Source: Octopus vulgaris | Lineage: Eukaryota | Reading direction: 5' to 3' | Length of the DNA stretch: 64,000 bases | NCBI GenBank assembly: GCA_951406725.2 | Contig: OX597816.1 | Coordinates: 113,398,001-113,462,000, forward strand | Shown: positions 50,301-64,000 of the stretch, piece by piece | Layout of the letters: every line of letters starts with the position of its first letter | Numbering within the stretch: the stretch's first letter is position 1 | The notes under the pieces: model-generated | The model's input: the letters and a program-made list of their open reading frames with translations, nothing else | Databases searched by the model: none | Told to the model about the DNA's origin: nothing | Position numbers and translations under genes: made by a program

Positions 50301-51988
50301 ATGAGCATTATGACTTTTAAAATGACTGCTTTCTTTTATTATTGTATGTGAGCTTGAAAGTAAACAAATGTATGAAAATTCACAAAATTTATGTAAAAGA
50401 AAGTAAAATTGGTTTTTATATCTTGTATTCAAATAATTAAAATGCAAAAAATGTACTTGTAAATTTAAGTAACAAAAATATAGGTTGCAATTTGACATCT
50501 TAAATAACAAAGATATAGGTAACATTTTGAAATTAAATAAGAAGCATTATGAGACCTTGAAGAGGATAATATCACTTTCATATGGGAAGTAAAGTATAAA
50601 AAGAACAGTATTCTGATTCAAAAAAGTAATTTGGATGTACATTTCCATTAAATATTTATAAATTCAAACATATTACCTATAATTTATTATTTTACTTCTA
50701 ACCAAATATCTAAATATCGTGTGATCTTTAATTGCAAACTGATTAAGGCAATTTGATAATCTTTTTGAAAAAAATTCCTAATGTAATATTCTCAATATTT
50801 ATTTTAATGTAACTAAATTCTCAACATTACAAAGGTTGCAACCTAGAAGCTAAGATACTACTTCAGGGCCAGAATCTCTTTTGATATTTTGGAGTTTCTT
50901 ACTCTGTTTTCTGTCAATTATCCAGTTTTTATTAAAGATTTATATTTTAAGGATAATACAACTTTTTCGAATAAAGCATAAGATAAATTGAATAATGAAA
51001 CCATTATATGATGAGAGAAATAATTACAAACAAGCTTTTGAATTGTTCACTGTTGAATTTTTCATTTGTCAAATAGCTTTATTGTTCCGATGAAGGCTGT
51101 TGTAAAATGGCTGAAATCAGTACAGTCATGCTTTTCATGACAAAAGCTATTCTTAGCACCCAGAATGAACAATAATTTTCTATAAAACAATAAGAGCTAT
51201 TGAAAAGAAAAATTATATATATAAAAAAAATTGTTTTAGAACATAATGATAAGTGACTGAAATATAGAAGTGAGAATACACTTTCTCTTGTTACATTGAA
51301 TAGTAATACTTTTCTACTATTTTGGTTTGCTCACATTTAACAACCTCACTCAGATTGTTATTCATGGCTATTTTTTAAAATTCTGTTTTATATATTATGG
51401 CTGATAATGTAGTGTATTTGTAACCTGCTCATTTGTTGTATTATATATTATGAAAAAGAATGTTAATGCTAAAGAATTAATTTTTTTAATGCAATGAGAT
51501 AATTTAAATGTTTTCTGATATATATGGAATAAATGTTATTATTAGTATTATGTTATTCTTTTTTATTATGTATGAAATAATTGTATGCAAAGTTAAAATG
51601 AGATATTTCATTAGTAAAATTTAAGTTTATATTTTTGACATCATAGTTATGTTTCCGAAAACATTTTAATATGAAAATAAATATGGATAGGTTTATTATC
51701 TGGTTACATTACCTTTAGGCTATTTTCTTTCTGTGAATTAGATTTATTTTGCCTCATTTCATGGGAGTAATATTTCTCTTGTTAAAAATATTGATTTATT
51801 ACAATGGCACGAAGTTACAAATTTGTTAGGAAACAGGTAAAGTTTATTGAATCTAGATATTACTAGTAGTTATTTTGTTAACCCCATAGGGATAAAGACA
51901 ATGTTAAAATTGTAGGATTTGAACTTTGAACATAACATGACAAAATTATCCTGTTCAAGACATTTAGCCTGAAACTACTGATCCTGAA

Positions 51989-52199
51989 TTAACCCTTTAG
52001 CATGTAAACTGGCTTTATATCTGGCCCAAATATTCTATTTATTCTATATTCAAAGTGACCACATCCAGCCTCTCACACCTATTCTACCATGTCACTCTAA
52101 AAATAAATAATCACATCATCAAAATTTCAAAGCTACAAGATAATGCATGAATAAATAGGCATTACATTTGACAGAGTAATCTGAATGCTAAAGGATTAA
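51989..52199. mobile_element. piggyBac-type non-autonomous element with TTAA TSD
   Basis: TTAA-CCCTTTAGCAT ... ATGCTAAAGGA-TTAA termini. Confidence 0.8.
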
Positions 52200-52353
52200 A
52201 CTACACCTGTTTTTTATTTTTAAGAAAGCATTTGGAAATTGATGCCTATTTAAATTTAATATATTATGGTGTTAAATCATTATGATATCTACTCCACATG
52301 TTTTAACTTTTTGAAGCAAGTGGAAAACAATAACTTTATTAACACAACCTACC

Positions 52354-55300
52354 TTAGGAACCTAAGATCAATTTAAAGTAGTTACACTACAGTTTTTAAA
52401 GCCTTGCTTTTAAACATCTGTTTAAAGTTTCACAGAAAGGCTTTTGTAGTTTAACTACTTAAATTTATCTTAGGTTTGTAACTTTAATATGTTTTACGGA
52501 AACAAGGTTTACATGATATACTTAAACTTATGACTTTGGTTTTGTCCATTTTATAAATATTGATTTAATGAAATAATAGGTTTGGTGAAAATGCTAAATG
52601 TTTCTTTCCAAAGTTTAAAATACACAGACAATTTATGAAACATAAGTGTTTTATGCCCTAGACATACTTTATGTAGTTTGAAATTAAAAGTATATGATAA
52701 AATTATCAATATATCTGCTAGTGCCCTCTATGTATGAAGTAAAACTATTCAAAAGTGAAAAAAAAATTAAGTTAATTAAGGTAGATTTTCTTTTTATGCT
52801 GGAAGTAGTAAAAATATCATTTACAATCAATAATATTACAAATAATGATCAGTGACAAAACAAAATTATCCTGAGATGTAATTAAATAGTGTACACATTA
52901 CTTGATAATAAGAGTAACTGCCTGTGTTCTGAGAAATTTATATTGGCCTCTAATTTAGTTAATTTTCCAAATTTGATTCAAATGTGTAAATTAGCATTAA
53001 AACAATAAACTTTTTCTTAAGCTTGTGATATTGAAGTATGCAAATAAAATAGGCATACATACATGAATATATGCATGTTTGCTTACATATTCTATAGTTT
53101 CAAGAGATTACAGAATTTATGATGATATATAAGTTATAACTATTATTTCAAGCAACCTGAGAGTAATAATCTTCCAACAATAATTCTTCCTTTTCCACAC
53201 TATATACAAAATAGAGATTTGAGGATTGTGAAAGATTCAGTTTTCGCACCATCAGTATCAATATGGTATGAATGTAAGAGGCAAGAGTTATGAACATTGA
53301 AATTGTGAAGGATGATGATGATAAGGTGAAATGGATAGCAAGGAGAGATTTAGTCAAAGACTTATTGATAGTAGCTGAAATACAATTTGTGTGTCACTTA
53401 CAGTCCTTGCCCTTGAGAAATTTAGCAAAAACAATATTTATACCCTCGATGTCAGCAAAGCATTCACCTTTGTCTGGCATACAAATCTGCAAAAACTATC
53501 CTCTTATGGGCTTCATATGTCTCTCATCTTTTGGATCAGTGGTTTTCTCTTCTTTTCACACCTACTGTGTCCAGCCTAAGCCCCATGTTAATCACTTCAC
53601 CCAGTCCTTCCTCAGAATGTTAGCTTCTTAAATTCCATCCCTGTTTTTCCTGTAGCTGTCAGTTTGTGTCTATTCAAAAATAATGTTAATTACTTTGATC
53701 TAACTTTTCTTGAATATGCCTGAGAAAGCCATATTTGTAACTCTTTCCTCCATAATGGCAAATAAAGTGTTCTGCTGGTGAATACTTCTACTTGTGAAAT
53801 ATTTACATAAAGCTGTTGGTCAACAGATTGAGAGCAGTAGTAGTGGAATGACCACTGGTCAAAAAGTTTCTTTGGTGCATCATTTAAAATTGTGTACTGT
53901 TACAGATGTAAAATGCTTTACTCATTTTTTTCATCATGTTTATCAAACATGGAATGTTATTTTTTCCAACAAAGGGCAAAGCTCCATAGTTCACAGATGT
54001 CTATAAAATAATGAAGTTTGGCAGATGAGTTTTGCCAAAGGAAATATAATTAGGAACCTAAGATCAATTTAAAGTAGTTACACTACAGTTTTTAAAGCCT
54101 TGCTTTTAAACATCTGTTTAAAGTTTCACAGAAAGGCTTTTGTAGTTTAACTACTTAAATTTATCTTAGGTTTGTAACTTTAATATGTTTTACGGAAACA
54201 AGGTTTACATGATATACTTAAACTTATGACTTTGGTTTTGTCCATTTTATAAATATTGATTTAATGAAATAATAGGTTTGGTGAAAATGCTAAATGTTTC
54301 TTTCCAAAGTTTAAAATACACAGACAATTTATGAAACATAAGTGTTTTATGCCCTAGACATACTTTATGTAGTTTGAAATTAAAAGTATATGATAAAATT
54401 ATCAATATATCTGCTAGTGCCCTCTATGTATGAAGTAAAACTATTCAAAAGTGAAAAAAAAATTAAGTTAATTAAGGTAGATTTTCTTTTTATGCTGGAA
54501 GTAGTAAAAATATCATTTACAATCAATAATATTACAAATAATGATCAGTGACAAAACAAAATTATCCTGAGATGTAATTAAATAGTGTACACATTACTTG
54601 ATAATAAGAGTAACTGCCTGTGTTCTGAGAAATTTATATTGGCCTCTAATTTAGTTAATTTTCCAAATTTGATTCAAATGTGTAAATTAGCATTAAAACA
54701 AACTTTTTCTTAAGCTTGTGATATTGAAGTATGCAAATAAAATAGGCATACATACATGAATATATGCATGTTTGCTTACATATTCTATAGTTTCAAGAGA
54801 TTACAGAATTTATGATGATATATAAGTTATAACTATTATTTCAAGCAACCTGAGAGTAATAATCTTCCAACAATAATTCTTCCTTTTCCACACTATATAC
54901 AAAATAGAGATTTGAGGATTGTGAAAGATTCAGTTTTCGCACCATCAGTATCAATATGGTATGAATGTAAGAGGCAAGAGTTATGAACATTGAAATTGTG
55001 AAGGATGATGATATTGATAAGGTGAAATGGATAGCAAGGAGAGATTTAGTCAAAGACTTATTGATAGTAGCTGAAATACAATTTGTGTGTCACTTACAGT
55101 CCTTGCCCTTGAGAAATTTAGCAAAAACAATATTTATACCCTCGATGTCAGCAAAGCATTCACCTTTGTCTGGCATACAAATCTGCAAAAACTATCCTCT
55201 TATGGGCTTCATATGTCTCTCATCTTTTGGATCAGTGGTTTTCTCTTCTTTTCACACCTACTGTGTCCAGCCTAAGCCCCATGTTAATCACTTCACCCAG

Positions 55301-55748
55301 TCCTTCCTCAGAATGTTAGCTTCTTAAATTCCATCCCTGTTTTTCCTGTAGCTGTCAGTTTGTGTCTATTCAAAAATAATGTTAATTACTTTGATCTAAC
55401 TTTTCTTGAATATGCCTGAGAAAGCCATATTTGTAACTCTTTCCTCCATAATGGCAAATAAAGTGTTCTGCTGGTGAATACTTCTACTTGTGAAATATTT
55501 ACATAAAGCTGTTGGTCAACAGATTGAGAGCAGTAGTAGTGGAATGACCACTGGTCAAAAAGTTTCTTTGGTGCATCATTTAAAATTGTGTACTGTTACA
55601 GATGTAAAATGCTTTACTCATTTTTTTCATCATGTTTATCAAACATGGAATGTTATTTTTCCAACAAAGGGCAAAGCTCCATAGTTCACAGATGTCTATA
55701 AAATAATAGAAGTTTGGCAGATGAGTTTTGCCAAAGGAAATATAATTA
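52354..55748 (+). repeat. Near-identical tandem duplication of about 1.7 kb (52354-54049 and 54050-55748)
   Basis: Both copies begin ttaggaacctaagatcaattt and end gccaaaggaaatataat; I saw only a few small indel differences. Confidence 0.95.
53340..53715 (+). mobile_element. CR1/L2-group LINE RT relic (duplicated at about 55036-55410, partly again from 57113)
   Basis: ALEKFSKNNIYTLDVSKAFTFVWHTNLQKLSSYGL...WISGFL, i.e. the 'LDISKAFD.VWH' RT motif. Confidence 0.7.
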
Positions 55749-55904
55749 AAAGAATAATTTTGGTCACAAATTTATTCTTGTTTTGAATACATAAACAGAA
55801 TTAATTTATTCGAAAGATAGTGTCTCTCTGGTGAAAATTTTATAACTACTATGATTTCTTTACTTTTAGATTTTCTTCTTTTTAAATAACTCATGTATTG
55901 TTTG

Positions 55905-56451
55905 TGAGTTAGGTGTCCAGATGTTAGGGGTGATATGGTTGCAGAAATTGTCTGACAACCATGACTGGATTCTCCTGTGTGGCATGGTGCAGAATCCTGA
56001 TGCCAGACATAGGGTCTTCCAGCAGCCACTCTCTTGACAACAGGGGCGGCACTACCTTCTCCAGGCACTTGATGCAGGCCTTTGTGTTGAGTCTGAGGCC
56101 ATGTGGGAAGATGAATGGAGGCATAACGTCACTGTCACTAGTGATTATTCCAAACACCATGATGTTGTCTGGATGTTTGATTTTTATCACTCTCAGTACA
56201 TGTCTTCAGACTGCACTGTTCTCAGATTGACACCCAAACACTTTGAAATGTTTGTATTGGAGCTTCTGGCATGAACGCCAGTATGTCATTTCCAAATTTC
56301 TGGCAGAGTGAATTGTGTCATGATACTGCTTTTCTCACAGATGGTGCCCAACTGACCCTACCATACTGTGTAGTTGATAAAATTAAAAACAGCAATGCAC
56401 ATGCGTGAAATAAAAAAATATAGAATGGCAATTTACTCATCACACCCTGTA
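55905..56451 (-). mobile_element. maT/DD37D-like transposon relic (corrupted second copy at about 57863-58373)
   Basis: TA-CAGGGTGTGATG terminus; KHPDNIMVFGIITSDSDVMPPFIFPHGLRLNT...GRPYVWHQDSAPCHT. Confidence 0.85.
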
Positions 56452-56808
56452 TATATAAATAAACATACATATATAGGCACAGGTGTGTCTGTGTGGTAAG
56501 AAGCTTGCTTCCCAACCACATATTTCTGTGTTCAGTCCTTTGGCAAGTGTCTTCTACTCTGGCCTTGGGCTGACGAAAGCCTTGTGAGTGGATTTGGTAG
56601 ATGGAAACTGAAATGATGTGACATTACACTAACTACATATTAGATTCTTCTTTAAATTTCTTTTTCATTCCAATTTTACCAGATATAAATATGCATATCG
56701 ATGTAAGTATGTACATATACATATGTATATATGCATATATATCTTATTTATATTATTATATGACTGAATGCCACACATCCTCTTCTAAGTAAGTTGTATC
56801 CCATATAA

Positions 56809-58965
<2,157 letters not shown>

Positions 58966-58967
58966 TA

Positions 58968-59642
58968 TCATCATCATTATTGTTTAACATCCCTCTTCGA
59001 TGCTGGCATGGTTTGGATGGTTCAACTGGGATCTGGGAAGCCAGGAGGCTGCCCCAGGCTCCAGTCTGATCTGGCAGTGTTTCTACAGCTGTATGCCCTT
59101 CTTAATGCCAACCACTCCAAGAGTGTAGTGGATGCTTTTTACATGCCACCTGCACAGGGGCCAGAAGAGGCTGGCAATGACCATGATTGGTTCGTGCTTT
59201 TTACATGCCACCAGCACGGAAGCCAGTCAAAGCCATGCTGGCATCAGACACATTCAGATGGTGCTTTTTTGTGCCACCAACACGGCGATCATGACTACAA
59301 TTTCTATTTGATTTTGATTTTGGTGTACTTGACTCAATAGGCCTCCTCATGCGCAGCATGTCACCATACGATCCAAAGTACTTTTGAGTGTGCTGGTTAT
59401 GTGACACTTTTGTAGGTTACAGCTGTGAACTCACTTTTTTTGCTGGGTCTTCTCAGTCACAGCATATCTCCAGAGGTCTCAGTCTTTCATCATTACTGCT
59501 GTGAGGCCCAACGTTCGAAGGTCATGCTTGACGACCGCATCCCATGTCTTCGTGGATCTCCCTCTACCCTGGATTCCTTCAAATGTTTGGGAATGGAATT
59601 TTTTCACACAGCTGTCCTCGTCCATCCGTAGTACATGACCAT
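58968..59642 (-). mobile_element. RTE LINE 3' end with long 3' UTR; related tails at about 14700-14860, 16290-16495, 17750-17990 and 39630-39860
   Basis: GHVLRMDEDSCVKK...GRGRSTKTWDAVVKHDL...DLWRYAV, then a ttggcattaagaagggcat-type tail and (GAT)n. Confidence 0.85.
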
Positions 59643-59700
59643 ACTAATTATTTGCATTATTTACAATTTATGGATATTTGTCCTCATCTTGTTTGTTGCT

Positions 59701-59746
59701 AACACAACGTTTCGGCTGATATAACCTCCAGCTTTCATCAGATGTC
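59701..59746 (-). ncRNA. Minimal hammerhead ribozyme motif with canonical core in a Penelope terminal repeat
   Basis: Minus strand reads GACAU-CUGAUGA-A-AGCUG(GAGGUUAUAU)CAGCC-GAAA-CG-UU-GUGUU. Confidence 0.7.
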
Positions 59747-59793
59747 TTGGGGAAATTTCAAACCTGAGTTCTCATTCCTAAAGTATTTTTCGA

Positions 59794-59838
<45 letters not shown>

Positions 59839-59984
59839 ATTCACTGTCTGGAATCGAACTTGGAATCTTGAGGTTAATAGCCTGTGCTCTTAACCACTAT
59901 GCCATATGCCCTGAATAATAATAATAATAACAACAACAACAACAACAACAACGACGACGACGACGACAACAACAACAACAACAA

Positions 59985-60250
59985 CAATTGTTGAAAATTG
60001 AGTGGTATTTATGTTCTTGGGGGAAGTGTTTTTCAAATAATTTAGGGGGGTTCCTATTTGGAGGGGAAAAAGTGGATTGAACCAAATTATATCCTGTTTC
60101 CTAGATTTCTTATTATCATTTTTAATATTAATAGTAACAGTCTGCCTATAATTCACGTTTCTAAAATCATATGGTTTATGCACATATCGCTTATTTGGGT
60201 AATTTATCTGGTTGCTTATTACTGACTTATCTTTGTTTAATTTGTTTTTA
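59985..60250 (-). mobile_element. Penelope-like element ORF relic
   Basis: KKSRKQDIIWFNPLF...KLFEKHFPQEHKYHSIFNN, matching the PLE 'RKR.IIWFNPP...KHFP..H.YH.IFN' motif. Confidence 0.8.
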
Positions 60251-60280
60251 AAAATTGTACTAGATATTATACTAGATACA

Positions 60281-60693
60281 GGCATAGTAGTAGCTATGTG
60301 GTAAGTAGCTTGCTTACAAACCACATGGTTCCAGGTTCAGTCTCACTGCATGGCACCTTGGGCAAGTGACTTCTACTATAGCCTCGAACTGACCAAAGCC
60401 TTGTGAATGGATTTGGTAGACGGAAACTGGAAGAAGCCTGTTGTATATATGTATATATATATGTGTTTGTGTGTGTGTATATGTTTGTGTGTGTGTCTGT
60501 GTTTGTCCCCCCAACATTGTTTGACAACCAATGCTGGTGTGTTTATGTCCCCGTAACTTAGCAGTTCAGCAATAGAGACCAAGAGAATAAGTACTAGGCT
60601 TACAAAGAATAAGTCCTGGGGTCGATTTGCTCGACTAAAGGCGGTGCTTAAGCATGACCACAGTTAAATGACTGAAACAAGTAAGTAAAAGAG
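60281..60693 (+). mobile_element. Octopus-type SINE, full length
   Basis: Homologous to 10873-11257. Confidence 0.9.
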
Positions 60694-60814
60694 AATATAC
60701 TATAAATTTCCTGGTTAAATCCACTATTTCTGAGTGCTTGATTATATAGAGGGGCATGATTATTAAGTATACTTTCATTACTAGACAAGTTTGATATTCT
60801 AATGGATACCCCAT

Positions 60815-61447
60815 ACACATAACAATACGATTCAAAAATGGTTTGCTTTTATGCCATGACAACAAAGAACAAGTTTCAAGATGATGTGTCATTTGATGCC
60901 CATTCAGTTCATGTGGTACCCACTTGTCTAGCTTCTTTACCTTACTGATTTGTTTCAGATGGTTCAATACATTTGGAATTGAAACATCAAACCTTACTGC
61001 TAACTCATGTTTGAGATGTATCCGCTTCCGCTAGTTTCCACCTCATCATTATCCACCTTGGTCTCAGGTCTATCATGGGACTGATTGTTAAGAGTAAAGT
61101 CACCCAACCAGAACTTCTCAAATCATTGAAGTACAGTGTGCTTATTTGTCACATCTTCACCAAACACCTCATTAATGTTTCAAGCTGTTTAGGATGCATT
61201 GGTTCCATGATGGAACTCATATTCATAAACAACCTTGATTTTTTTTATCTATCCATGGGTTCACAAAAATTGATTTACAAAAGAAAACTCACAATATGGT
61301 CAGATACCGTGAATTGCAGTTCAGAAAGTGATGATGTAACTCTTCAATGTTGTAAAACAAAGAATTGTCAGGATAAAACATTAGCGTTAACAACTGTCAA
61401 ACTTGGTGCATAAGAATATCAAACATTTCACTCTTAATGACCTGATA
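60815..61447 (-). mobile_element. Mariner transposon 5' relic
   Basis: tatcaggtcat terminus; LNHLKQISKVKKLDKWVPHELNGHQMTHHLETCSLLSWHKSKPFLNRIV. Confidence 0.85.
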
Positions 61448-63359
61448 TATATATAATTAGAGAGGAAAATGAATTCTATGCCTTAGGTTTCATTATTTCT
61501 TGGAGCATATCATATGCTACTCATCAGATATCACACTGCAGTTTATTAATTAAGGGAAAAGGTACTAGTCTAATACATAAAGAATATATCATTTTGAGAA
61601 TTATATCTTAAGATTATGATTTCCCTTCACTAATATTAGAATAATATTTACAATGATTCTGACAATGCCAACATGGTTAGTTATATGTTAGTTATATAAA
61701 ACTTGATCTAGATTTAGTTGAAATTCCTCTTGGCTGCTTGCATTTAAAATTTTTTAATCAATGTTAAAGTCTCTATTATATCATCATTCTTTATTTTGGA
61801 ATTTAAAATAATATATTGTTTTAAAAGAAGTATTTTATCCTAAATTAGAATATCTGCCATCCCATATTAAGATGTCATTTATTTGAGGGTTTGCTTGGAT
61901 GTGTTGCAGAAATTTGTGAAGACATGGTGTATAGCACAATAGAATCATTTGATAGCAGATTATTCATTCTTCTTATAGAATGCTGGTATTATAACAGGAT
62001 ATCATTAATGAGTGGACATGTTTTTTCCTGAAAGCAGATACACTCTATCCTGTTGCCACCAACTCCCACCTTTTTTTATTTAGTTTCTTTTTAGCTCATG
62101 ATTTCTTAATTTATTATTAGTGAACATTTTTTATTTATTAATTTCAACTACCAAATCTGGAGATGCTTGTAAAACGTTTGTTTGTTTTATCGTAAAAACA
62201 ATTTGTTATTATTACTATATTATGAATGCAGTTGTAGCTGTGTAGTTAAAGAGTTCACTTTGCAGCTTTGTGGTTCCAGTTTTAGACAACTGTCTTCTAC
62301 TATAGTTTCTGAGTGACCAATATCTTGTGAGAATTTCATAGATGACATCTGTGAAGAAGATCCTTGTATGTGTTTATGTGTGTGTATCTTTTTCTGATTT
62401 ATATTGATATAGAATATAAATATTAGCATGGAAACTTAGAAAATCCCTCCAAAACTGCTTTACAAACAAAGTCCTTCACGCTGAGTTTCTTGTTACTCTT
62501 GCAATAAAAAATTGATGTGAACCAGTGATTAGTTCATTTGAAAAGTGTAGCCGATGATGCATTTGTTAAAAAAATATAAAATATATCTAAAAAATAGTGA
62601 TAATATCAATCTTGAGTGATATTCATGAAAGAGAAAAATAATTTTAGTAAGCTAATTAGTATTCTTCCACCCCAACTTCATTTTAAAGCTCAGTCCAACC
62701 TGATTATATTTTAATTTGACATACATTTAATCTAAGGTTCCCTTCTTTACAATAGTATTTATATCAACACATTTTGTATAATTAATTCTCAACTACTCAT
62801 TTCTTTTACCTACTAAATTATCAATTTGATACAATTGACAATTGACATTATATCAAGAATATATTTCTTTTGATATATTTAATATATGTTTATTCAATTC
62901 TTGATATTTTTTTAGGGAGTAAACTTTATTCTAATCATCAAGAACTCAAATTCTTTCAAATTACTCACCAATATAAGACCCTGTCAATAAAATTTCCAGA
63001 TATCATTATCAAATAAGTGATTGATAGTTACCTAAGATTATGAAATCTGAAGAAATAACATTCTCTCTTAAGAAACATGGTGGGTTTATTTGCTGAAATC
63101 TTCTGTATTGACAACACAGATATAATCTAATGAGAGGAAAAAAAATTATGTTATATTGGACAGATGTGCTACCTCAACATATCAATTGAAATCATTTATA
63201 CTCCATTTTACGGATCACATAATGAACTTATATTCCTTAATCTTGACCAGATTAAAATTCTTGATAGTTATGTTGTCAAAAAAAATGAAGGAAGAAGAAA
63301 AACTACAAAATAGTTATATTTGCAGTGTAAAGATACTCTTAATATAGCCTTTTTTTTTA

Positions 63360-63830
63360 ATGTCTTTGTCTGGAGGAAGGAGTTGCGCCCATGGCCTTCA
63401 TGGGCCTTCCAAGACTGGTGGGATTGACATAGTTGGTGTTCCTCTTCAGTAGTGGAAGCTGATGGCTGAAAAAGCCCCCCCCCCAATATTTCCTGATGGA
63501 TGACATTCTGAGAATAAACGACTTGGTAGAAGGTTGGTGTACATCTGTGTGTGAGAGATAACAATAGGGATGATAAAAAGAGAAAAGGAAAGTGTACCAG
63601 GAGGGCCTGGAGTGGAGATTGCTAAAGATCAACAAGTTCCATGGGAGAAAGCCACTGAAATAATAATAAAAAGACAATGAGGTTGGTGAGGAAACAACAT
63701 ATCAGTGGGTCCATGCTGGAGTGTGTTGAAGAGTAGCTTCATGTCAATCAGGTGGAAATTTTTGAAATGCATTCTAGAATGTCTTTGTGTGTAGTTGCAG
63801 TAACATCCCAAATATGGAAACAGTATTCAG
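63360..63830 (-). mobile_element. CR1/L2-group LINE 3' relic
   Basis: Decayed homology to the 3860-4130 RT end and to the 53580-53715 tail. Confidence 0.5.
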
Positions 63831-64000
63831 TTGTAGATTTCACCTGAACTTTGTATAAGACTAGTAATTGTTGGGAGCTGACGTATCATTTGATCCTAAA
63901 GAAGGTTGCCATCCTTGTGATGGACTGGCAGCTATATAACAAGGGGTATGTCAAAATTTCAGAATCTCTATTTTCATACAATCTTCCTTGATTGACCTCT

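Noticed and set aside
53153-53265. Open phase-0 exon candidate QPESNNLPTIILPFPHYIQNRDLRIVKDSVFAPSVSIW
   Set aside because: Weak aag acceptor, no similarity to CNTD1 or any protein I recognise, and it lies in the suspect duplicated block.
56570-56582. ctgacgaaagcc hammerhead-like text
   Set aside because: It is a mutated SINE segment (ccgaccaaagcc) with no stem II.
62969-63046. Minus-strand exon bounded by ttcttcag and gtgagt
   Set aside because: Stops in all three frames; a non-coding exon cannot be supported from sequence alone.

Overview
AT-rich eukaryotic genomic DNA dense in microsatellites and transposon relics. The SINE/LINE families suggest an octopus (cephalopod) genome; this is inferred from recognised repeat sequences, not from a database search. 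One protein-coding gene is well supported: CNTD1 (cyclin N-terminal domain-containing 1, COSA-1 ortholog, a meiotic crossover factor) on the + strand. It has six in-phase GT-AG coding exons between 10190 and 27414, and I could not place its terminal exon. The rest is tRNA-derived SINEs, RTE and CR1/L2-type LINE fragments, Penelope-like elements, mariner/maT, hAT and piggyBac-type DNA transposon relics and a Ty3/Gypsy relic. The most notable non-obvious signal is about a dozen minimal hammerhead-ribozyme motifs in Penelope-type repeats, several with recurrent non-canonical cores (U3-A8, C4, U6, extra A after A9). Also notable: an RTE element ending in three C2H2 fingers, a fixed-spacing CRE/CCAAT array, a fold-back palindrome at 41 kb, a possible divergent promoter at 31 kb, and duplications at 52-59 kb that look at least partly like assembly artefacts. 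Nearly all ORFs in the supplied track are microsatellite or repeat noise.
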